64,000 nt of DNA from an uncultured Lachnospiraceae bacterium. Its GTDB lineage: Bacteria; Bacillota; Clostridia; Lachnospirales; Lachnospiraceae. Positions within the stretch are counted from its first letter, which is position 1. Every line of letters starts with the position of its first letter. Shown here piece after piece: positions 43,929-53,570 of this stretch. A model generated the notes under the pieces. It saw nothing but the letters and a program-made list of their open reading frames with translations, did not search any database and had not been told where the DNA came from. Both the position numbers and the translations under genes were made by a program. Location: positions 100,639 to 164,638 of the forward strand of contig CADBFP010000002.1 of the NCBI GenBank assembly GCA_902793995.1, written 5' to 3'.

Positions 43929-44429
43929 TCAGAGCTTCTTCTCCGCAAGCAGAGCAGTCCCTCCGTTTCGATCAACCTCTTTAATCACGGTGAAGCCGTT
44001 CTTTTCCCAGAAATGCGTGGACTGGGGGTTGCCTTTATCGATAGCCAGCCGGATGGTGGTTTTGCCTGTTGTTTTCAGATAAGATGCTGCTTCCTGAACG
44101 ATCGCCGTGCCGATCCCTTGTCCCTGGAAATCCCTGTTCATCATGAAAAAGCCGATAAAAGCGACCTCCGGCTCCGGGTATCCGTCAATCAGATCCATGA
44201 CAGCCATCAGTGTTTCTTTCTGATAGAAGCCGAAATAGTATTTGTCTGATAAAGCGATACCCGGCGGCGTGGCGCACAGATCGCTGAACACCTGCTCCCT
44301 TGTGGGCTCCGCTTCGCAATACGCATAGAACTGCGGGTTTTTCAGGCAAAGACCCAGGATGCTGTCCACATCCGAAGCGTCCAATCTGCGGAGTTCGTAA
44401 AGGCTGCTGATCTTGATTATATCAATCAT
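43929..44429 (-). CDS. GNAT family N-acetyltransferase
   Basis: FQGQGIGTAIVQEAASYL motif, and FWEKNGF. Confidence 0.85.
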   Translation of the reverse strand: MIDIIKISSLYELRRLDASDVDSILGLCLKNPQFYAYCEAEPTREQVFSDLCATPPGIALSDKYYFGFYQKETLMAVMDLIDGYPEPEVAFIGFFMMNRDFQGQGIGTAIVQEAASYLKTTGKTTIRLAIDKGNPQSTHFWEKNGFTVIKEVDRNGGTALLAEKKL

Positions 44430-44498
44430 GTTTACCCCCGGGGAAGAAAAGCGATGAACAGTTTTATAATAATTCTTCTCGTTTCCCTATATTTCTGG

Positions 44499-45752
44499 TT
44501 AGAAATCCAAACTATTCTCGCTTAAAAGGAAGTCTTTGAGGCCCATGATTACGAAGCCATTTTCATCCCGCCAGGGTTTCGTATTGTCACGCATGATGAT
44601 GACTTTTTTGAAAGAGTCTCTTATTTGCTGCAGCGACTTTCTTTCCTGTTTCCATTTGTCCTCTGTTGGAAGCTGATAGGCGGATTGTATATAAACCCTC
44701 TCGTTGCCTCTGTTTGCGACAAAATCAACCTCTAACTGCTTACGGGTAGAAATCCCTTGCTTATTTCGTTCGTTGATTTCCACATTACCTACATCAACTT
44801 TGAATCCTCTGACGAGTAATTCATTGTAAATGATATTTTCCATGATATGCGTCGGTTCCTGTTGCTTAAATCCAAGCTTTGCATTTCTTAAACCCACATC
44901 AACAAAATAATACTTTTTATTCGAGCCAATATACTTTCTTCCCTTTATATCGTATCTTTCGGCACCGCTGATTAAAAACGCATCCTCTAAATACTTTATA
45001 TATGCCGAGATTGTCTTGGGGGAGCAGGAGCTCTTTTTGACACTGCTGTAAGTATTCGCAATGTTTGTTGGATTTGTAGGGGCACCAATGGATGAAGCAA
45101 GAACATTTACAAGATCATCCAGCATATCGCTGTTGCGGATTGTGTTTCGCTCCAGCACATCATTCAGATATACATTCCGAAATAGCGATTCCAAATACTC
45201 TATCTTTTGCTTTTCCGTTTCCATGGGCAGAAGTGCTGGAAGTCCTCCAAAAGTCTGGTACTCTATCCACGCATCATCAAAATCTAATCCTTTCGTTTCA
45301 TAGAGTTCTTTGAAGCTAAGAGGATATATCCTTACCTCATCACCTCTCCCGCGAAACTCTGTGATAACATCACTGGATAGAAACCTGGAATTGCTCCCCG
45401 TTACATAGACATCCAGATTTTCAATGTGTAAAAACCCATTTAAGACACTTTCAAAGTCTTCCATAAGCTGGACTTCGTCAAGCAACAGATAATGCATCTT
45501 CCTATCCTTGATCTGTTCTTCCACATAGCGATAGCAGTTATCAGGATTTTGAAGTCCCCGATACTTTCTGTTATCTAACTGAATCTCTATGATATGAGAA
45601 TCTGGTACGCCTTCCTGCTTCAGATGCTTTTTGAAAAGTTTGAAAAGCAGATAAGATTTCCCGCTCCTCCTTACACCCGTAACAACTTTTATCATTCCGT
45701 TATGCTTGCGGATCACTAAATCATTGATATAGGCTTTTCTTTTTGCCTCCAC
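44499..45752 (-). CDS. AAA-type ATPase with DUF4143-like C-terminal domain
   Basis: GVRRSGKSYLL Walker A and LLLDEVQ Walker B. C-terminal DVGL...EN.IYNEL pattern of the AAA_14/DUF4143 family. Confidence 0.8.
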   Translation of the reverse strand: MEAKRKAYINDLVIRKHNGMIKVVTGVRRSGKSYLLFKLFKKHLKQEGVPDSHIIEIQLDNRKYRGLQNPDNCYRYVEEQIKDRKMHYLLLDEVQLMEDFESVLNGFLHIENLDVYVTGSNSRFLSSDVITEFRGRGDEVRIYPLSFKELYETKGLDFDDAWIEYQTFGGLPALLPMETEKQKIEYLESLFRNVYLNDVLERNTIRNSDMLDDLVNVLASSIGAPTNPTNIANTYSSVKKSSCSPKTISAYIKYLEDAFLISGAERYDIKGRKYIGSNKKYYFVDVGLRNAKLGFKQQEPTHIMENIIYNELLVRGFKVDVGNVEINERNKQGISTRKQLEVDFVANRGNERVYIQSAYQLPTEDKWKQERKSLQQIRDSFKKVIIMRDNTKPWRDENGFVIMGLKDFLLSENSLDF

Positions 45753-45830
45753 CCTTATTACCTCCTTTTGCGTATTTACGCAATTTCCGGCATTAGAATA
45801 ATACCAAGCCTTAACGCAGCTGTCAATTCT

Positions 45831-45980
45831 CTATTGCCAATCTTTGCGTATTTCCGCACCTTTTGGTCTTATCCGCCTTCGCCCCGTGTCCCTTGGAGTC
45901 AGTTCAAAGTCTGCTCTTCCCTCGTGGACATTCAGAATATCCGCCTCGGATTCGCCATGCCTGATTACTAAAAGGATCAT
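45831..45980 (-). pseudogene. histidine phosphatase (phosphoglycerate mutase family) N-terminal fragment
   Basis: My translation is MILLVIRHGESEADILNVHEGRADFELTPR. It carries the RHGES catalytic motif, then turns into non-homologous sequence and stops after 49 codons. Confidence 0.5.
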
Positions 45981-46163
45981 TTTGACCTCGTCTTGTTTTC
46001 ATCCAGCCGCCATCAATTTCATCCAAATAGGCCTGTATTTGGACGAAAAATCAATATGTTGGACAAAGAGGTCCCATCATTTGCCATGTTATAAAACCGA
46101 ACTTCCAAGCTCCTTTCTCCTCCCGCAAATTACCTTTGTAAATCCCGGTAATTCTATCCGTCA

Positions 46164-46526
46164 TTACATGGGAGTCCCTACTTCAATCAGATTCCCGTCC
46201 GGATCATAGAAACGGACGACCTTCTGCCCCCAGCTGTGCGTCATGAGCCGATTCACATACCTGACTTCAGGATAGGTTCTTTCCAGCTTTTCAACGAAGC
46301 CCTCTATATCGGATTCTTCAAAATAAAGTTCACTGGCATTATTTTCCGGGATGACATCCCTGCCAAGAAACGCCGTCCAGTATTTCTCCTCCTGCAGAAC
46401 AAGACCTTCTGTCAGAATCATGTTGCCATCATTATCAAGAATCCGCTCAAGCCCAAACAGCTCATGATAAAACTGCCGGGCCCTTTCTATATCTTTTACC
46501 ACGATCAATACATTCTTCAGTTTCAT
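46164..46526 (-). CDS. VOC/glyoxalase-bleomycin resistance family protein
   Basis: 120 aa. IVVKDIERARQFYHELFGL...VRFYDPDGNLIEV pattern. Confidence 0.85.
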   Translation of the reverse strand: MKLKNVLIVVKDIERARQFYHELFGLERILDNDGNMILTEGLVLQEEKYWTAFLGRDVIPENNASELYFEESDIEGFVEKLERTYPEVRYVNRLMTHSWGQKVVRFYDPDGNLIEVGTPM

Positions 46527-46740
46527 GGATGGTTTTACTCCTGTTTTCTTCAGCGGAGGCAGCGCTGGATCTGCCCCAATATATCATTCATAATCGATTT
46601 ATACATCAAAGGCAACCAGACCGCTTTTGCCATATAGGAAATGCAGATAAAACAAGCAGAACGGATCTGACAGCTTATCATAGCCCTCCCTACTGACACT
46701 GGCGAAAAGTGTCAGAGAGAACCGTCCCTGCTGACAACAT

Positions 46741-47568
46741 TCATAGAATCATCTCCCTGCGTAACCACCGAGCAGACTGTTTCAACGCGGCAATGGTTTT
46801 TGTTTCCAATACACACCTGGCGTTCCTGCTTTCAGCCAGATTCAGCCTTTCCTTTAGGTTGATCTCACCATCGCCGAGTGCAAGGTGATTCCGCTGTGGT
46901 TTCTCTGATCCATCGTGGATATGGAAGTGAATCAGACTATTCTGATGTTCCATCAGGAAGGGAACATCTTTTTCTCCGATCGCCTTTGAGTGTCCGATAT
47001 CCCAAGTCAGACCGAATCTTGTGCTATCCAGAAGATGTTCGATGGCCTTCTTCTCGTATTCTCGGAAACCGTCTGTATTCTCAACAGCAATCATCACATC
47101 ACTGTCATCAATCCATTCTTCACATTTAGAACGAAATGCCTCAAAAGACTGCATATAGGTTTCAAAATCGCGTTCATACATCTGCACCTTTCGATCCGGG
47201 AGCGTGATATATATTCCATGGTTCATGTGCATATTCAGAATCAGCGGTTGTGTCTTATCCCCGAAACGATCACGCAGAGGAAGCAGTTTCACTGTCGCTG
47301 CGATGGCACGCCGCACAGTTTCCAGGTATGCCTCAGATACAAGCTGATTGAAATCCGCTATATTCAGGTTTTCATCCAAGTGGACGGTATAGTAAATACC
47401 AGCTTGTTCAGCCAAGCGCATGAGTCTATCCGTCTGTTCCAGATATTCCGTCTGGTACTCAGGAAAATTCATATTCAGTTCTATAAACTGGAGCCCCAGT
47501 TCGCTGCACAAAGCAACATTGTCCTCAAGCGACCTGTTCTCAATCAGAGTCGGCATTCCAAACTGCAT
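46741..47568 (-). CDS. sugar phosphate isomerase/epimerase (xylose-isomerase-like TIM barrel)
   Basis: Start at MQFGMPTL. LGLQFIELN...YTVHLD...NMHMNHG...AVEN...WDIGH...HFHIHD metal-ligand pattern. Confidence 0.75.
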   Translation of the reverse strand: MQFGMPTLIENRSLEDNVALCSELGLQFIELNMNFPEYQTEYLEQTDRLMRLAEQAGIYYTVHLDENLNIADFNQLVSEAYLETVRRAIAATVKLLPLRDRFGDKTQPLILNMHMNHGIYITLPDRKVQMYERDFETYMQSFEAFRSKCEEWIDDSDVMIAVENTDGFREYEKKAIEHLLDSTRFGLTWDIGHSKAIGEKDVPFLMEHQNSLIHFHIHDGSEKPQRNHLALGDGEINLKERLNLAESRNARCVLETKTIAALKQSARWLRREMIL

Positions 47569-47578
47569 ATTTATACCC

Positions 47579-47737
47579 TCACTTCTTTTTCTTCGGAGTC
47601 GGAAGTTTGTCATACACCGCTTCCAACAAGACCCGCAGTGTCACCGGGGACGGTACGACATAATTTTGGAGCAATATCTTATCGCCGTCTTCAATCAGGC
47701 ATAATACTGTCAGTTCAACATTTTCTGTTCTGCCCAT
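47579..47737 (-). pseudogene. NUDIX hydrolase N-terminal fragment
   Basis: MGRTENVELTVLCLIEDGDKILLQN looks like a Nudix N-terminus. It then runs into the repeat gtcgtaccgtccccggtgacac and unrelated sequence. Confidence 0.4.
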
Positions 47738-47768
47738 CGCTTTGTCCCTCTATTTGGATTTGTCGCAA

Positions 47769-48557
47769 TCAGTATTTCTTTTCTGCTTCTGTAATATGCT
47801 GTCGTATTTCTTTTTCATTGTCTAAGCAATACTGATATGACAATTCCATATAATCCGTAATACTTCTTCCTTGATACATAGTACATAAAGTCTCAAGAAT
47901 GGGATTCTCCCGGATAATCATGTTCTGAAAAAAACCATATACACACCCGCCGCCATTCTCCCGAGGATAGTACGGATTTATCGAAGCCAACCTTTCATCG
48001 TCCATTATACTTTCAACAACCATTTCGCTTAAGATCCACTTCAGAGAAGGCGTATCATATTCTGAATAGCTGTCACCAAAATGCTTGTTCCATACGTGAA
48101 ACCAGATAAAATGAACGATCTCATGGAGGGACATTCCCAGTGCTCCCCGTTCGCTGTTTTTATAGAAGATATCAAAGTATCTCTCTTCTAAAAACCTTGG
48201 GCAGACAGGATTAAGACTAATATTCCCAACCAGGTCGTTAAAGACACTTCTTGTATCTATTTCAAAGGCGTCGGACAGAGCATCCTCAATTTGCTCGTGG
48301 TATTTCGCAAAATGCAGATTGTATAATTCAACTTTACCGTTTATTTCATCTAAAAGATCTCTCCATACTAATGATAGTTCCTTTTTTAGGTATTCTTCCT
48401 TTGCTTCCGGGTGTAGCCCTCTCATCAGTTCTTTGTCCAACTGAGGGTAGAAGTATAGTAAAGAATTCGACCAAAATGGAGTAGCATCATCCCCTTGGAA
48501 CAACAATATACTATTTATAGAATGCTCAAGTCCCGGATTCTTGTATGTAACCTTCAT
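47769..48557 (-). CDS. hypothetical protein with HExxH motif
   Basis: 262 aa. GMSLHEIVHFIWFHVW. A C-terminal paralog fragment is at 55171-55263. Confidence 0.6.
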   Translation of the reverse strand: MKVTYKNPGLEHSINSILLFQGDDATPFWSNSLLYFYPQLDKELMRGLHPEAKEEYLKKELSLVWRDLLDEINGKVELYNLHFAKYHEQIEDALSDAFEIDTRSVFNDLVGNISLNPVCPRFLEERYFDIFYKNSERGALGMSLHEIVHFIWFHVWNKHFGDSYSEYDTPSLKWILSEMVVESIMDDERLASINPYYPRENGGGCVYGFFQNMIIRENPILETLCTMYQGRSITDYMELSYQYCLDNEKEIRQHITEAEKKY

Positions 48558-48715
48558 TGTGGTGACTCCGATTCTTTAATCAACTTTCTGTTCTTATGAT
48601 CAGTCGTTAATTGACAGGGGTTTCAGGGCCCTCCCTGACAAGCAGAATCCGTCTGGCAAAGCCCTTTGTCCGGACGGATTCGTTGCTTGTTACGACAATG
48701 CCGTTCAAATAATCT

Positions 48716-49300
48716 CTATTCAAATCTTTTCTCCCACATCAACGCATCGTATTCCTTTCCATCCACGATATGAGCGCCTTTCACCCGCTTTACCTCTTCG
48801 AACCCAAGTTTTCTGGCGCACCCGAGCATACGCTTGTTGCCGCTCCAGGTCTCTATCAAAAACCTATTCTCGCCTATGCTACGATAATAGTCTATGAATA
48901 ACGACAGGGCCTTTGTGCCGATACCTTTGCCCCAACAATCCCTTTCGCATATTTCTATACCAATGGCGCGGACGGTATGATTCTCCCCCGCATTTTTGCC
49001 TGGATCAATGGAGTCCCAGGGCGGCTGTTCATAGTTCTCATCCAAATAGTATGACGAAAGCAAGCCGATGTGTCTTCCTTCTACCTCAATTTCAAAGCGA
49101 AGCCGAATGGCATCTTCCGTCATTTCTTCCATGATTTCCATCATATCCGCGCGTAGTTCATCAGGATCCACCTGTGTGATGGTCATCCACGGCGTATCCT
49201 CGTAAAACCAGTCTGTTTCTGTATTCGTCCAGCGGATCTCATCATCAATATCGGATATTTGATAGTCCCGCAGTGCTATTCCGTCTCTCTCGATTCTCAT
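48716..49300 (-). CDS. GNAT family N-acetyltransferase (RimJ/RimL-like)
   Basis: WGKGIGTKALSLFIDY motif, and ARKLGFEE. Confidence 0.85.
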   Translation of the reverse strand: MRIERDGIALRDYQISDIDDEIRWTNTETDWFYEDTPWMTITQVDPDELRADMMEIMEEMTEDAIRLRFEIEVEGRHIGLLSSYYLDENYEQPPWDSIDPGKNAGENHTVRAIGIEICERDCWGKGIGTKALSLFIDYYRSIGENRFLIETWSGNKRMLGCARKLGFEEVKRVKGAHIVDGKEYDALMWEKRFE

Positions 49301-49415
49301 ATTTCCCCGCCCCCTTGATCCGAATCATACCATAAGATGAATTGCTTTGAAAGGAATTATTTGAAATAGTCCTGGAGTCGGGAACGATATTTAGAACATA
49401 TTTTCGAAATATCTC

Positions 49416-49444
49416 TTGACGGGAGTGAACTTTTGTTCTATAAT
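49416..49444 (+). promoter_or_regulatory. promoter of Hol-Tox copy B
   Basis: TTGACG (49416-49421), 17 nt, TATAAT (49439-49444). Confidence 0.7.
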
Positions 49445-49653
49445 AATTGTGTCCGTTTTACGGATGGGCCTGACCACAGGCCAAGCGGTTGCTCCCTGTG
49501 CTAGCAGGGGGCAAAACCGCCGAAGCGCCTCCAGTGGAGGATGAAGCGAGGCGGTTTTGGTGACACTGTCCGAAAAAGCGACCCAAAGGGTAAGCTTTTT
49601 CGTTGACAGTGGAGGGCCACTGTTTGCTGCCCCTGCAGAAAGGGGGGGGGCCT

Positions 49654-49749
49654 ATGTACGTAGCCTGGGACCAGCTGATACAGCTCTGACTGCTCATTGT
49701 TGCTCTCATAGCTTTGATCCGCAATATGCGGAATAAAAGAAACAGGTAA
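49654..49749 (+). pseudogene. Hol-Tox-like toxin peptide, copy B, with premature TGA at codon 12
   Basis: MYVAWDQLIQL*LLIVALIALIRNMRNKRNR. The TGA at 49687-49689 replaces the GGA of copy A. Preceded by a ~200-nt structured leader and a G9 tract that would serve as the SD. Confidence 0.65.
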
Positions 49750-49831
49750 CCGCTTCTCTCCCAAAGATGTCGGTTACCTGATTTAGGAATCTGCACAGGG
49801 AGCGACCACCTGTGGGAGGGCTCATCCGTGC
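49730..49831 (-). ncRNA. candidate antisense sRNA, copy B
   Basis: Same 5' sequence and terminator as copies A and C. Confidence 0.5.
49741..49780. terminator. bidirectional hairpin, copy B
   Basis: aacaggtaaccg...cggttacctg. Confidence 0.6.
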
Positions 49832-49837
49832 ATATAG

Positions 49838-49866
49838 AGTATAACCGAAAACGGGGTAATCGTCAA
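49838..49866 (-). promoter_or_regulatory. promoter of antisense RNA, copy B
   Basis: On the minus strand: TTGACG (49866-49861), 17 nt, TATACT (49843-49838). Confidence 0.65.
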
Positions 49867-50090
49867 TTGCTTTTTGGAAAAAAGCAAGATAATGCGTAGA
49901 CAGCTCCGATAAGGATGTGAAGGAGTCTCTACGAAGAAGGTGCCAAAGAGAACCATAGTAATATACCTCCGACTCTCTTGCAGCTTTATGATATCATACA
50001 AGACACAAAAATACAGCGATAAATATCTCGTTGCATTTTCGTTCCTGTTGTGGGAATCTTCATCTATCTACATATGAGATGCTGATACCG

Positions 50091-50780
50091 CTACGGCAGC
50101 AGGAAGGAAACAAAGCCCAGATCCGCTATATGGATTTTCTGTTCCCGGAAATCCACTTCCTTCAGTTCCGCCTGCCCCGCCAGGATCCTTTCCGCCCCTT
50201 CCTTCAGGCGGGGGATCAGATCCGGGGAAAGGGGAATCGCCGCGTGGGAGGGCCAGATTTCATCAAATTCCTGCCGGCGCCCTTCCAGCCGGGCCATGCT
50301 GGCGGCATAATCCTTCAGATTCCGGTGGGCGCCAAACATAAATATGCGCCCATGCTGCTGGATGGAATCGCCGCTAATCAGCACCCGCCGGGCAGGATCC
50401 AGAATGGCAATGCTGCCGGGGGTGTGGCCCTCCAGCTCGATGATCCGCAGAATCCGACCGCCCAAATCAATCTCATCCCCTTCCTGTACGGGGATGATTT
50501 CTCCCTCTCCGCCGCCGGCCCGGTAATGAGCTTCCTCCTTGGGGTGCATCATGATCTGCCGAAAGCCCTGATTGCCGGCTATGTGATCCCGGTCTGCGTG
50601 GGTATTGATGATCGCCAAAGGCAGATCCGTCAGTCCTTCGGCGATTTCCCTTGCATTTGGCAGATTCATACCCGAATCAATTAACAGCGCCTTGTCATAG
50701 CCCGCCAGCAGGAAAAAACGCACGCCGCCGTCCTCGATCCGCCAGCTGCCCGCATCCATCTGAATAATTTCGTAGTTCAT
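50091..50780 (-). CDS. MBL-fold metallo-hydrolase
   Basis: INTHADRDHIAGN (HxHxDH variant), plus downstream H and D ligands (LEGHTPGS, SGDS). Confidence 0.85.
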   Translation of the reverse strand: MNYEIIQMDAGSWRIEDGGVRFFLLAGYDKALLIDSGMNLPNAREIAEGLTDLPLAIINTHADRDHIAGNQGFRQIMMHPKEEAHYRAGGGEGEIIPVQEGDEIDLGGRILRIIELEGHTPGSIAILDPARRVLISGDSIQQHGRIFMFGAHRNLKDYAASMARLEGRRQEFDEIWPSHAAIPLSPDLIPRLKEGAERILAGQAELKEVDFREQKIHIADLGFVSFLLP

Positions 50781-50792
50781 CTTGCTTCCTCT

Positions 50793-50893
50793 CTACCGCT
50801 TAATAAACACTGGCATGTCGTATTCGTCTTTTCCATTCTCCATAAATCCCAACGACTTCCAAAAACGGATGGAATCTTCCTTTTCGCTGTTTA
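50793..50893 (-). pseudogene. relic 3' end of a GNAT gene (copy of 57617-57717)
   Basis: Translates as ..NSEKEDSIRFWKSLGFMENGKDEYDMPVFIKR*. Nearly identical at nucleotide level to the end of the GNAT gene at 57617-58084. Confidence 0.75.
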
Positions 50894-50912
50894 CCTTTCT
50901 ACCGGTATTTCC

Positions 50913-51416
50913 TCAATCGTTATCATTTGTTATCCTTTCATCAGTCACCATGTGTTTTGTTTCCCTTGACGGGTTTTTCAGCTCTGTTTTGAAAAACTCA
51001 GGATAGATCGTCTTTTCTGTATCAAGGGGAACCCACTCCAGATACTCTGGCGAGCCATCCTCCAGGAATGTTTCATTTTCAAGTTCAAAGTCCTCAGGTA
51101 TTTTCATGTAGAAATAGAAGGAAGGCTCATAAATCAATCGTCCTTGCTGATCTCCAATATCTCCATAGAAATACGCTTCGCGAACAAAGCCGAGCCTGTC
51201 TATCTCCATTTCAAAACCAAGCTCTTCTTTGACCTCACGCTTTACTGCTTGCTCTGCCGTTTCGCCGAATTGAATGCGACCGCCAACAGAATAGTAATAG
51301 TCAACGCGGTTATTTTTGACCATCAAAATCTTGTCGTCTTTGATAATAATTGCGCCTACACGGATGTTTATAACACCTTCGCCGCAGCGCACGCACATGT
51401 CTTTATTCTCTGTCAT
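50913..51416 (-). CDS. NUDIX hydrolase
   Basis: Nudix box GGRIQFGETAEQAVKREVKEELG. Confidence 0.9.
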   Translation of the reverse strand: MTENKDMCVRCGEGVINIRVGAIIIKDDKILMVKNNRVDYYYSVGGRIQFGETAEQAVKREVKEELGFEMEIDRLGFVREAYFYGDIGDQQGRLIYEPSFYFYMKIPEDFELENETFLEDGSPEYLEWVPLDTEKTIYPEFFKTELKNPSRETKHMVTDERITNDND

Positions 51417-51647
51417 TGCTCACCCCCAATAGCTAAAAAATCTGCACGCGTCATTTCCAAAGTGTCACCGGGGCCGGTTCTAAGTTCCTTAAGTCAAGCC
51501 TGTCATCCTGAGGCCTTTAGGCCGAAGTATCCCATAAAATGGCAGCAAGTTGCTCTCACCCACCACCGCCTGACGGCGGCGCGTAAACGCCCTTTATCGT
51601 TTTTCTTGTTCTTGTCACCATCCATGTTTTTATTACTCTCTACTCAT

Positions 51648-51800
51648 TTACAGCCTGCTTTTGATCATTCCTGTGATAATCATAATTACCGCAATCCCAT
51701 ACAGCACTATTGCCAGCCAGTTGGGCAGCTTATATAAATACCGATCGACAACGATCGTCCCGCCTCCAAGGACAATACCTATGATAATCAGAGCATTCAT
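51648..51800 (-). CDS. small two-TM membrane protein (50 aa)
   Basis: Below the ORF-track cutoff. MNALIIIGIVLGGGTIVVDRYLYKLPNWLAIVLYGIAVIMIITGMIKSRL. Its ATG overlaps the stop of the upstream XRE gene (ATGA). Confidence 0.5.
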   Translation of the reverse strand: MNALIIIGIVLGGGTIVVDRYLYKLPNWLAIVLYGIAVIMIITGMIKSRL

Positions 51801-52318
51801 CTATTGTCCTCCTTCGTTTTATCAAGGAGTCTGATCTTGAACTCCCTGATCTTCAAAGCATATCTGCCGGTAAAAAAAACTCCAAGAACAAGCACTGCAA
51901 ATGCAATGCCGAGTCCAAAACTGCCAATTCCTTCGTAAGGTGAAGTCGATTCCAGCCCCAGCAGCGTGATTACAAGAAATACCGCAAACCCAACAAGGCC
52001 CGCGATAAACAGCCAATGCATCCTTCGCAGCAGTCTCGCTTTCTCCTCATTGCTGTAATCCGCGACCTGCAATACAGTCTCTTTCAGTTCCTGATCCATA
52101 CGCTCACTTTTCCTTTCTCCGCTTAAGATCTCACGGAGGTCAACGGAATATAGATCAGACAACTCGACCAGGATGTCCAAGTCAGGCATGTTATTTCCCG
52201 TTTCCCAACGGGAGACGGTTCTGCGTGCAACTCCCAGCTGTTCCGCAAGCTGCTCCTGAGTAAGTCCATTCTGCTTTCGAAGTTTCTGAAGAAACTTCCC
52301 GATTTTAACAAGATCCAT
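51797..52318 (-). CDS. XRE-family HTH protein with C-terminal membrane domain
   Basis: Start at MDLVKIGKFLQKLRKQNGLTQEQLAEQLGVARRTVSRWETG. Two C-terminal TM helices. Confidence 0.8.
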   Translation of the reverse strand: MDLVKIGKFLQKLRKQNGLTQEQLAEQLGVARRTVSRWETGNNMPDLDILVELSDLYSVDLREILSGERKSERMDQELKETVLQVADYSNEEKARLLRRMHWLFIAGLVGFAVFLVITLLGLESTSPYEGIGSFGLGIAFAVLVLGVFFTGRYALKIREFKIRLLDKTKEDNR

Positions 52319-52926
52319 GGTTCGATGACCTCCTTTCCGGCTCCAGCATAGCCTGGCTTTTACTGAAAAAACAGGACACAAAGTGAGCAAAAGTTCTGTT
52401 TTCAGCATTGAGACACCCCATGTCTCAGATAAAAACTCCGAGTTGCCGGGAGTGTTATTTACTTCGTCGAACGGGAATATACCTTTTCCTTTTTGGGAAA
52501 CGCCCTCTTTATGGACTTGGTTTATCCTAAATATCGTCTTCTAAATCGTATTCATCTAATCGCCCCTGCGGGGATTCCTCACTGCCCCCCTGCTCATTCC
52601 GGGCAAAAGAGTTCGTCCAATGTGATGACCTTCACAAAAACGCCGCTGTATCCGTGGTGTCACCGGGGACGGTACGACGTAAGGAAGTACCGCCCCCACA
52701 TTTTGAAACAGCCGGAATGACCGCTTGCATTATATCATAAACTCCAAAACCCGTTTTTTCTAATTCGTTCTCATATCGACATTGGATTCGTTTTTCTCTG
52801 CTTTTATTCTATGCAGAGCTTTTGAATGTATTTCTCAAAAAAGCTGTTAATTTGTTATTTGTTCATTGCCGTCTTCTCCAGTACAATATAATCTATGTGT
52901 AGCCACAGAGAGAGGACTCTGTATAG

Positions 52927-53442
52927 TTATTCTAAAGTCAGCTTATAGTAATGTGCATCAAAGTAGGTTTCTTCTCCCCATTTCTTGAAGCTTGTTTTCC
53001 TGTCTTCTGAAAAGCCCAATTTACGGAGAAGGCTTATAGACCCAAGATTCATATCTGCCACCTCGCAGGTGACGGACTTGCCGCCTTTAGCTTTGATCCA
53101 ACGAATCAATGCGGCAACCATTTCCGTTCCGAGACCTTCTCTCCAATGATCCTTAGAAATACAATAGCCAATATCATAATTCTCGTCTTCCGGAAAAGCA
53201 CAACATGTGCCAAGCGGCGTCCCTTCTTTCTTCAAAACAGCCATCAGATAATAACCTTCCGGATTATCCTCCATTTCATCAACACATTGTAAATACGCCT
53301 GATCCATATTATCGAAAGATGGATCACTCATGTATTCACCATTTTCCTTATCTCCCCAAAGAGACAAGGTGAATTCTCGGTCTGTTCTGTACCAGGAACG
53401 AATGATCATTCTCGGCGTTTCTATGTTTTCATTCAGGAGCAT
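52927..53442 (-). CDS. GNAT family N-acetyltransferase
   Basis: WREGLGTEMVAALIRWI motif, and LRKLGFSE. The start is ATG 53442, or possibly the upstream TTG 53460. Confidence 0.85.
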   Translation of the reverse strand: MLLNENIETPRMIIRSWYRTDREFTLSLWGDKENGEYMSDPSFDNMDQAYLQCVDEMEDNPEGYYLMAVLKKEGTPLGTCCAFPEDENYDIGYCISKDHWREGLGTEMVAALIRWIKAKGGKSVTCEVADMNLGSISLLRKLGFSEDRKTSFKKWGEETYFDAHYYKLTLE

Positions 53443-53570
53443 TTCTTTTTTCCTTTCCAATCATGGGATCCTTCGGCCTGATGGCCTCAGGATGATCGGC
53501 ATAGCTTATTGACATTGGGACGGGCCCATTGCTGCAGTCTTCTAATTCTATTACCACCCCGGCCGGTTCC

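Noticed and set aside
49458-49796. 112-aa and 87-aa minus-strand ORFs across Hol-Tox copy B, and the N-terminal extension of 55275-56153
   Set aside because: They are antisense to the toxin module and share only the antisense translation of the toxin C-terminus (ERSGYLFLLFRI). They are better explained as non-coding leader and sRNA DNA.
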